Below, piece after piece: positions 19,861-27,048 of a DNA stretch of 64,000 nucleotides. Location: positions 3,452 to 67,451 of the forward strand of contig CADCJQ010000009.1 in NCBI GenBank assembly GCA_902801795.1, given 5' to 3'. The stretch is from an uncultured Erysipelotrichaceae bacterium. Lineage in GTDB: Bacteria; Bacillota_I; Bacilli_A; RF39; UBA660. Position 1 is the stretch's first letter, and the number at the start of each line of letters is the position of its first letter. Made by a program: the position numbers and the translations under genes. The notes beneath the pieces were generated by a model. It did not search any database. It was not told where the DNA came from and saw only the letters and a program-made list of their open reading frames with translations.

Positions 19861-21944
19861 TATCTACTAAAACCTGAATTTAAGTCATTATAATCTTCTG
19901 TATAATCATCTTTTTTAGCTTTTCTTATATAAATTTCACCGGTAAATCCATATAATTGTTGAAGTTTATTTTCAATTACTTTTCTATTATCATTTTCTAC
20001 AAACATCGTTCTTTCATAAAATTTATCTTCATCTTTAAAGAAATTACAAACAGCAGAATATCCAGCAAAAGTACGTCCTGTTCTGTCAACAATTTCATAC
20101 AATACTACTTCTACTTTATTAGGCAAAACATTATTAACTTTACTGTTATTTTTACCAAATAAATTAATAATATCATGTAATTTTAAACTATTTTCACCAC
20201 TTAATAAAGCTTCATTGATTTTTCCAGATGAGATAATATCCATAATTCTTCGAACATCAACTAATTCATCATGAATTCTATATAATGCTTGTTTCTTTTC
20301 ATCATTTAAATTCTTTAATGAACCTTTTCCTAAGAATGATTGGATTTTTTCTAAATCAACTCTTTTTATTAATTCATTTAATTCAGATACTTCAGTATTA
20401 TTATTTGAAGAATTTAATGAAGTACCATTATCTCTTAATTTTTTAATAGCTTTACCTAGTTTAGCCATAAGTGCAGCATCTCTTATTTCATTTTTTTGAC
20501 TATCAGTCATTTTATTATATTGATTATATAAATTACTTACTTCTTCTGGATCAAGATTATTTAAATCAAGTCCCTCAACTCCATCAACAAATTTTTGTAC
20601 TACCGGAGAATATTTTGATATTTTTTTGTTCTCTTCATTATTTTCAGTATTTTCTTTATTAAAATAATTTGTTAATAATGATGATAGTTTATTTAATTTT
20701 TCTGCTTCTTCTGGAGTAAGTTTTTCTTTATTTGATGATAATGCTGAAACAATTTCATTTAATTCTCTTGCTTTATCATCAGTTAAACTATCAATTGTTA
20801 ATGAATCAACATCACAATTATTTAATTTATTGCGATAATCATTAAAGATTCTTTCTTCATCAGAATTAGTTACAGCAGGTAAATTCTTTCCATTATCGCC
20901 TTTTCTTAGTAATTTCTTATTAATTCTAATATTTCTATTAGCATTTTTCGTTTTTCTTCTTTCTAGAAGAGCATTATTAATATTTTCAAGGAAACTTCCT
21001 TTTCGAATATTTTTGTGTTGAACTAATTTTGGCATATCATGATATTTTATAATATTAAACGCTGATGCTACTGTTTTAGCAATAAAATTAGTACCAACAA
21101 CACCAGTTAAAGCATAAATAGCAGGATAAGCTGCTGGCATAATAGCTGATGCCGCAATAAATACTCCAGCCGTTGCTACTATACCTGCAATAGGGTAAAG
21201 TATAACATGGTTATAACGCCAATTAGTTAATCCACAATGCCATTTCCATAAAGTGTTCCCAACTTTATTATCACGATATAATAAATTGTGAATTCTTTTA
21301 TCAATTTGACCAAAATAATTACTTATAACTTCTTTCGTTTTACCTTGTGAATTATTTACAACATTTTGCTTTTCAATATTAAGTTCATCTTTCCTTTGCT
21401 TTAACTCTTTAGAAAATTCTTTTCTTTTTTTAGCATCTTTTTCATTTTTTATTTTATCATTTAATTCTCTTATTTCAGATACTTTCTTTTCAGCATTTGT
21501 TTTAAAAGCATTCAATTTTCCATTTTGATCATCTAAAAAGGCTTTTCTATCCTTTAAGGCTTCCCTTGATATACCATTATATTCTTGAATTCTATCACGT
21601 TTAGCTTTCTCAAGTGGTCTTACGCTAATAGATGCATATGCCCCACTTTCTGTATCATGTTTATTAGTTATACCATTTTTATCATTGTATTCAAATCCTT
21701 CTGGTAAATTAAGTCGATTTCCTGGTACTGAAGATGCAATACCTCTATTTGCTTTTCCAGCATCATCTAATTCTAAATAAACACCAGGATTTAGTTTTTT
21801 TATTTCAGCAAATATTTCATCAACATCAGTTGATTCTTTAACATCTTTTGCCTCTTCATCTGTTTCTTCACTAACTAAACTATTAAGTATTTCTAATTCT
21901 TGGTTATTTTCATTAATTATTTTTTGTAGTTCTTCTAAATTCAT
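19860..21944 (-). CDS. coiled-coil protein with central membrane hairpin (paralog A)
   Basis: 694 aa, Lys/Glu-rich and predicted helical. Conserved block SNYFGQIDKRIHNLLYRDNKVGNTLWKW is followed by the hydrophobic stretch ILYPIAGIVATAGVFIAASAIMPAAYPAIYALTGVVGTNF. Confidence 0.5.
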   Translation of the reverse strand: MNLEELQKIINENNQELEILNSLVSEETDEEAKDVKESTDVDEIFAEIKKLNPGVYLELDDAGKANRGIASSVPGNRLNLPEGFEYNDKNGITNKHDTESGAYASISVRPLEKAKRDRIQEYNGISREALKDRKAFLDDQNGKLNAFKTNAEKKVSEIRELNDKIKNEKDAKKRKEFSKELKQRKDELNIEKQNVVNNSQGKTKEVISNYFGQIDKRIHNLLYRDNKVGNTLWKWHCGLTNWRYNHVILYPIAGIVATAGVFIAASAIMPAAYPAIYALTGVVGTNFIAKTVASAFNIIKYHDMPKLVQHKNIRKGSFLENINNALLERRKTKNANRNIRINKKLLRKGDNGKNLPAVTNSDEERIFNDYRNKLNNCDVDSLTIDSLTDDKARELNEIVSALSSNKEKLTPEEAEKLNKLSSLLTNYFNKENTENNEENKKISKYSPVVQKFVDGVEGLDLNNLDPEEVSNLYNQYNKMTDSQKNEIRDAALMAKLGKAIKKLRDNGTSLNSSNNNTEVSELNELIKRVDLEKIQSFLGKGSLKNLNDEKKQALYRIHDELVDVRRIMDIISSGKINEALLSGENSLKLHDIINLFGKNNSKVNNVLPNKVEVVLYEIVDRTGRTFAGYSAVCNFFKDEDKFYERTMFVENDNRKVIENKLQQLYGFTGEIYIRKAKKDDYTEDYNDLNSGFSR

Positions 21945-21999
21945 ACCCTTACACCTACCATACCTTAATTTTATAATTTTCTTTTTATGTTGTCAATTA

Positions 22000-23304
22000 C
22001 TAACTAACTTTTCTTAAAGATTTTTGTTTTTCTGCTTCATAGACATCAGATAAATAATCCATTACATCATCTTCATTAAAATCTTTACCTAAGTTATATA
22101 AAAGAGCTAAATATAATTCTTGTTCTTCTTTTGATGCTGTTCCTTCATGAATTTTTCTTCCATATTCAGATAATGCTTTTAATCTTCTTGAATAATAATT
22201 TAATTTTTCAATATCAGTATCTTTTTTCTTTTTAGTATTCTTTCCATAAGTTGTTGCTAACTTACTATATGCATCAATTCTATCATTATTATCATTACTT
22301 TTTCTTATTTTACTATATGCTTGTAAATAACTTAAATCATTATCACTTAATTGAATACCTAAACTAATATTTTCTTTTAGAAAATCTTTTTGTGGTACTT
22401 CATTATCTTTTTGTACATTCATATCTTCATCATTTTCTTCTAAATGATATGGTTCTAAATTATCTTCGTTATCTTGTTTTCTTGTATTAACTTCAACTTC
22501 TTCTTTATCTTTCGCTATTTCTTCTTCAAAAGTTTCTTCTTCTTTTGGCATTTCAATAAATTCACGTATTTCATCAATATTCTCTATTTCAATACCATCA
22601 TCTGTTAAAATTCTGGCTTTTTCATAGGCATATTTACTCGTTTCAATAACTTCTTTACGGTTTCCTTTAAAAATAGTTTTAAATCTCTTTAACAAAGGAC
22701 CACCAAATTTTTCCTTATTATATAAAGTTGAAATTGTATTGACAGTTGTTACTCCACCTACTAAAGAACCAAGTCCAATTGTTAAAAATGATGGAAGTGA
22801 TGTAAATACTCCTAAACCAACTAAAATCAAGATAACTCCTATATTAATAGTAAGATATTTATTTAAGTCATTATAACGATTGTTTACTAAATTACTATAA
22901 TTATTCCATAAAAAAGTTCCTAATTTACTTTTCTTAAACAAATAATTATTAATACGTTTATCTATTTGTCCAAAATAAGCACTAATAATATTCTTTTTCT
23001 TACCTTGCATTTCTCTTTTAACATTTAATTCTTGTTCTTTCATTTCTTTTTGTAATTCAATAATTTCATTATTTAAAAGAATTTTATTGTTATCTGAAGC
23101 ATCATGAATTTCCTCTAAGTTTTTTTCAATCTTTTCATTATTAGTTGTATAAACATCATTATATTTATTAATAACTTCATTTTGTTTAGATAAAATCTTT
23201 TTACGATCTTCTTTAACATCTATTGATAATTTTTCATTATTATCAATTTCATTTATTTCCTTTTTATTTCTTTTAAACAAATTTTTTAATCTTTCAAATT
23301 TCAT
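22000..23304 (-). CDS. coiled-coil protein with central membrane hairpin (paralog B)
   Basis: 434 aa. It shares the block SAYFGQIDKRINNYLFKKSKLGTFLWNN and the following hydrophobic hairpin with the 694-aa neighbour. Confidence 0.5.
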   Translation of the reverse strand: MKFERLKNLFKRNKKEINEIDNNEKLSIDVKEDRKKILSKQNEVINKYNDVYTTNNEKIEKNLEEIHDASDNNKILLNNEIIELQKEMKEQELNVKREMQGKKKNIISAYFGQIDKRINNYLFKKSKLGTFLWNNYSNLVNNRYNDLNKYLTINIGVILILVGLGVFTSLPSFLTIGLGSLVGGVTTVNTISTLYNKEKFGGPLLKRFKTIFKGNRKEVIETSKYAYEKARILTDDGIEIENIDEIREFIEMPKEEETFEEEIAKDKEEVEVNTRKQDNEDNLEPYHLEENDEDMNVQKDNEVPQKDFLKENISLGIQLSDNDLSYLQAYSKIRKSNDNNDRIDAYSKLATTYGKNTKKKKDTDIEKLNYYSRRLKALSEYGRKIHEGTASKEEQELYLALLYNLGKDFNEDDVMDYLSDVYEAEKQKSLRKVS

Positions 23305-23435
23305 AATTAACCATTTCTCCCTTTTTTAATTATTTTAATAACTTTTAATAAAATTAGTATCGTCATCTAACTTATCCCCCCAAAATTCGTGTATATTATA
23401 TCATAAGTGTCTAAAAATGTCAAATAAAACCATTT

Positions 23436-25232
23436 CTATTTATTAATAATATCGGCTTTATATAGTTTTTGATATTCTTTTGAAGTTTTCATTAATTTAT
23501 CATGCGTCCCTTCCGCAATAATCTTTCCTTTATCAATCATAATTATTTTATCACTATTAACAATTGTAGATAAACGATGAGCAATAATTAAAATAGTATA
23601 CGTTCCTTTTAAATTATAAATGGCTTTTTGAATTTTTTCTTGTGTTTCATTATCAAGAGCACTAGTGGCTTCATCAAATAAAATTATTTCTGTTTTTTTA
23701 ATTAAAGCTCTTGCTATGGCAAGTCTTTGACGTTCTCCTCCAGATAATGTAACACCACCTTCACCAACAATAGTATCATATCCATCAGGAAGACTCATAA
23801 TAAAATCATGTAGTTGAGCTGTTTTACATGCTTTTATTATTTCATCCATACTTATATTATCTTTTACTAACATTAAATTATCTTTAATCGATAAATTAAA
23901 AATATAAGGATTTTGGGTTATCATAGAAATATTATTTCTTAAAGAGTTTTTAGTTAAAGAATTAATATCAACACCATCAATAAAAATATGACCATCTTCA
24001 ACATCATATAATTTATCTAAAAGTGAGAATACCGTTGTTTTACCACTACCACTACGTCCTACAAAAGCAACTGTCGTATTAGCTTTCACTTCAAAACTAA
24101 TTCCATGTAATATTTCTTTATCTTCTTTGTATCCAAAATGAACATCAGAAAACTTGAAATCACCATGGATTTTCTTTAATTCTTTAGTACCAAAATGTTC
24201 TTTTGGAAATTTCTTTCCTTCCATAATTTCAAAAACACGTCCTGCTGATAAATTAAATGATTTAATATGATCAATTAAATAACTAAAGTAACTAAAGACA
24301 TAATTTATTCTTCCACGATACATATATAATACAACTAAATTAGCGGGTAATAAATTATTTATTGAAACTAAATATATTCCTAAAACAAAAAACAAAAAAT
24401 TAAATAATTCATCAAAAAGGTTTTCAATCATCCAAAATCTTCGATCATAAATCGTTAACTCAATCCTTTTATTATTAGCATTATTAATTCTTTCATCAAA
24501 TTTTTTCATAAAAATATTATTAGCATTTAATACTTTAATATCTCTAGCACCTCTTATTAATTCACTAATAAGTCCAGTATTATCTTCTTCGACCTTACGT
24601 ATAGTAGCATTTCGATTATAATACCTTGTTGTTCTTATTTTTTCAAAAATAATGGATTTAATACCCGCGATAATAAAAAATAAAAGCATTATTTTATTTA
24701 TCATAAAAACAACAACAAATACACCAATATTAGTTAATAAATCACTTATAGTATTGGCAAGATCATCAAATACATTGACAATACTACTAGTATCACTTCT
24801 TAATCTATCAATAAATAATCCCGTTCCATTTTCATCATAACATTTAGTACTTAAATTAAATACTTCATTCATTACATCTTTTTGAATAGCGTAGTTAATT
24901 TTAATAGTAAATTTTTCATAAATAATCCGTGATATAAAACGCAATAATCCTTCAATAGAAAACACTAAAAAAATAAAAGCCGCTACTTTTAGTAAATCAC
25001 TATATAATTCTCCATTTAAATCCAGTAACATCCTAGCCGATAAAATCGGATTTAAAATACTCATTGGCATAAATAATAAAGAAGTAACAATAACTAAAAT
25101 TAATGTCTTTTTATCATTTTTAACATACTTCCAACTTTTCTTTAAATAATTCTTGGTATCTTTCCAATCTTTTAATTTAAAATTTTTCTTTTTTAAACTA
25201 TCCTCAACACTATCTCTCACTATCATCACCAA
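23436..25232 (-). CDS. ABC transporter, fused permease/ATP-binding exporter (MsbA/multidrug type)
   Basis: Six-TM N-terminal half. Walker A GRSGSGKTT, signature LSGGERQR and Walker B ILFDEATSALD. Confidence 0.88.
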   Translation of the reverse strand: MVMIVRDSVEDSLKKKNFKLKDWKDTKNYLKKSWKYVKNDKKTLILVIVTSLLFMPMSILNPILSARMLLDLNGELYSDLLKVAAFIFLVFSIEGLLRFISRIIYEKFTIKINYAIQKDVMNEVFNLSTKCYDENGTGLFIDRLRSDTSSIVNVFDDLANTISDLLTNIGVFVVVFMINKIMLLFFIIAGIKSIIFEKIRTTRYYNRNATIRKVEEDNTGLISELIRGARDIKVLNANNIFMKKFDERINNANNKRIELTIYDRRFWMIENLFDELFNFLFFVLGIYLVSINNLLPANLVVLYMYRGRINYVFSYFSYLIDHIKSFNLSAGRVFEIMEGKKFPKEHFGTKELKKIHGDFKFSDVHFGYKEDKEILHGISFEVKANTTVAFVGRSGSGKTTVFSLLDKLYDVEDGHIFIDGVDINSLTKNSLRNNISMITQNPYIFNLSIKDNLMLVKDNISMDEIIKACKTAQLHDFIMSLPDGYDTIVGEGGVTLSGGERQRLAIARALIKKTEIILFDEATSALDNETQEKIQKAIYNLKGTYTILIIAHRLSTIVNSDKIIMIDKGKIIAEGTHDKLMKTSKEYQKLYKADIINK

Positions 25233-25421
25233 CTTGAGATTATTATATCATATCAAATGAAAAGTACCAAATATCATATGTTATGAATTATGTCAATCAC
25301 CTAACAAGTTACATTTTTTGTTAGGTGATTCTTTTTCTATAAAATTATTTATAAAGTAATCATATAAGCAAAAGGATAATCATTTGATTTGAGGACATAT
25401 TACAATAGTTTTAAACAAAAC

Positions 25422-26468
25422 TTAATCAAAATAATCAATTCTTAAAGCTTTCTTAAACTTTTTCATATTTTCTTTTGCAACTTCTCTTGCCTTTTCTGTT
25501 CCTTCAATTAAGACTTTATCTATATATTCCATATTTTTAGAAAGTTCTTCTCTTCTTTCTCTAATTGGTTTTAATTCTTCATTTAAAATATTAAATAAAA
25601 ATTTCTTTATTTTTACATCACCTAAACCACCACGTTGATAATGACTTTTTAATTCATTAAGATTTTGATATTCAGAAAGATATTTAGGAAAATGTTCATC
25701 CTTACAAAAAGCATCTAAATAAGTAAATACAGTATTTCCTTCTATGCATCCCGGATCTTCTACTTTAATATGATTAGGATCTGTATACATACTCATAACT
25801 TTCTTTTTTAATTCTTCTTCGCTATCAGATAAGTAAATACAATTACCTAAACTCTTACTCATTTTAGCATTACCATCAAGTCCAGGTAGTCTTGCACAAA
25901 TAGAATTATCAGGAAGAAGTATGCGACATTCATTAAGTGTTTCACCATATAAACTATTAAATTTTCTTACAATTTCATTCGTTTGTTCAATCATTGGTTC
26001 TTGATCAATTCCCGCTGGTACTAAAGTTGTATTAAAAAGTGTAATATCCGCAGCTTGAGAAACAGGATAATTTAAAAAACCTGATGGTATAGACTCTTCC
26101 ATACCTTTTTGTATCATCTCTTGTTTAACCGTAGGATTTCTCATTAATCTACTAACTGTTACTAAATTCATAAAATAAAAGGTATATTCCGCAAGTTCTG
26201 GTATCATTGATTGAACAAATATAATTACTTTCTTTGGGTCTAATCCTACTGCTAAATAGTCAAGAACTACTTCCCTTAAATTTTCTCTTACTTTATCAGG
26301 ATTATCATAGTTGTCTGTTAAAGCTTGACAATCAGCAATAAAGACATACATTTTATCATAATTACCTTCATTTTGTAATTTAACTCTGTTTTTAAGAGAT
26401 CCAACATAATGTCCTAAATGAAGATGTCCTGTTGGACGATCTCCTGTTAATATAATATCTTTCTTCAT
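25422..26468 (-). CDS. trpS: tryptophan--tRNA ligase
   Basis: HIGH-type motif TGHLHLGHYVG and KMSKS motif AKMSKSLGN. Start moved to MKKDIILTG, which has AAGGAG about 10 nt upstream. Confidence 0.93.
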   Translation of the reverse strand: MKKDIILTGDRPTGHLHLGHYVGSLKNRVKLQNEGNYDKMYVFIADCQALTDNYDNPDKVRENLREVVLDYLAVGLDPKKVIIFVQSMIPELAEYTFYFMNLVTVSRLMRNPTVKQEMIQKGMEESIPSGFLNYPVSQAADITLFNTTLVPAGIDQEPMIEQTNEIVRKFNSLYGETLNECRILLPDNSICARLPGLDGNAKMSKSLGNCIYLSDSEEELKKKVMSMYTDPNHIKVEDPGCIEGNTVFTYLDAFCKDEHFPKYLSEYQNLNELKSHYQRGGLGDVKIKKFLFNILNEELKPIRERREELSKNMEYIDKVLIEGTEKAREVAKENMKKFKKALRIDYFD

Positions 26469-26489
26469 AAAAATCATCTCCTTTAAAAT

Positions 26490-26710
26490 AAAAAACTCTT
26501 ATTCCAAAAGAATAAGAGCCAACTCTTTACAATTAATTATGTACTATCATACATTGTCTTGATAACGGAAGACTCTCCGTATTGTAATACTTTATTCCTA
26601 CAATCTCTCAGTGGTCCATTCACTACTATTTAACTATGATTTCCCATCAACCAATCACTTTCTTAAAGTTATAACAATAGTTACTACTCCAAATCACAAA
26701 TTTAAATTAC
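26490..26710 (-). promoter_or_regulatory. T-box leader with Trp (UGG) specifier upstream of trpS
   Basis: The minus strand shows a specifier-loop-like gugaaUGGAcc and agagag-type stem I elements. A uUGGC bulge sequence lies next to the terminator ctcttattcttttggaataagagtttttt (26496-26518). The canonical T-box 14-mer is only weakly recognisable by eye. Confidence 0.65.
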
Positions 26711-26716
26711 ACTTTA

Positions 26717-26745
26717 ATTATATGATTATTATTTAATAAAGTCAA
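26717..26745 (-). promoter_or_regulatory. sigma-70/SigA-type promoter for the trpS leader
   Basis: Minus strand reads TTGACT - 17 nt - TATAAT. The -35 box is at 26740-26745 and the -10 box at 26717-26722. Confidence 0.6.
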
Positions 26746-26916
26746 CTATTTTCTTTACAGTATTATTTTATATAATTTAATGCGAGTATCTAGTTACTTT
26801 CAGAATATCCAATTGTAACATCTCCATTTAATATTTTAGTACTACGTACAAGGAATATAGTTTGTTTATAATTTTTTATAATTAACCATAAAATGCCTAA
26901 TTAATTAGTTTTTATA

Positions 26917-26999
26917 AGCTCTAGGGCTCCGTACGCATTCGATCCGGGCGAGTTGCTACCATTATTGCCGTTATTGTTCACGTTACGCACATCGGAGGA
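26917..26999 (-). repeat. copy A: non-coding, TR-like (Asn-codon-rich) homolog of the two VR-like segments
   Basis: A GC-rich island in AT-rich DNA, ~45 nt past the stop of the 731-aa gene. In the VR frame it reads SSDVRNVNNNGNNGSNSPGSNAYG. Scaffold codons are A-free (TCC, GTG, CGT, GGC, TCG, CCC, GCG). A TAG lies immediately upstream of the frame and there is no plausible start. Confidence 0.6.
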
Positions 27000-27048
27000 A
27001 CAAATAAAACCTACACTATACACCTAATCATATTTTGTTTTTTTATTA

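Larger units (their letters stand above)
9929..23304 (-). mobile_element. type IV secretion / conjugation gene cluster (ICE-like module; no relaxase or integrase seen)
   Basis: Nine co-oriented genes, including VirB6-, VirB3/PrgI-, VirB4- and VirD4-like proteins, a hydrolase and a lipoprotein. The cluster is flanked by housekeeping genes: yceD-rpmF on one side, and an ABC exporter and trpS on the other. Confidence 0.6.

Noticed and set aside
25290-25345. 12-bp-stem hairpin aatcacctaaca...tgttaggtgatt between trpS and the ABC exporter gene, considered as the trpS terminator.
   Set aside because: The T-run follows the stem on the plus strand, not on the trpS (minus) strand. It may act bidirectionally, but I cannot assign it confidently, so it is not listed as a feature.
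26917-26999. Copy A as the active, cognate DGR template repeat for copies B and C.
   Set aside because: Hand alignment shows roughly as many mismatches at non-adenine as at adenine positions, including shared B/C differences from A in codons 9-14 and 24-26. It is kept only as a TR-like relative.
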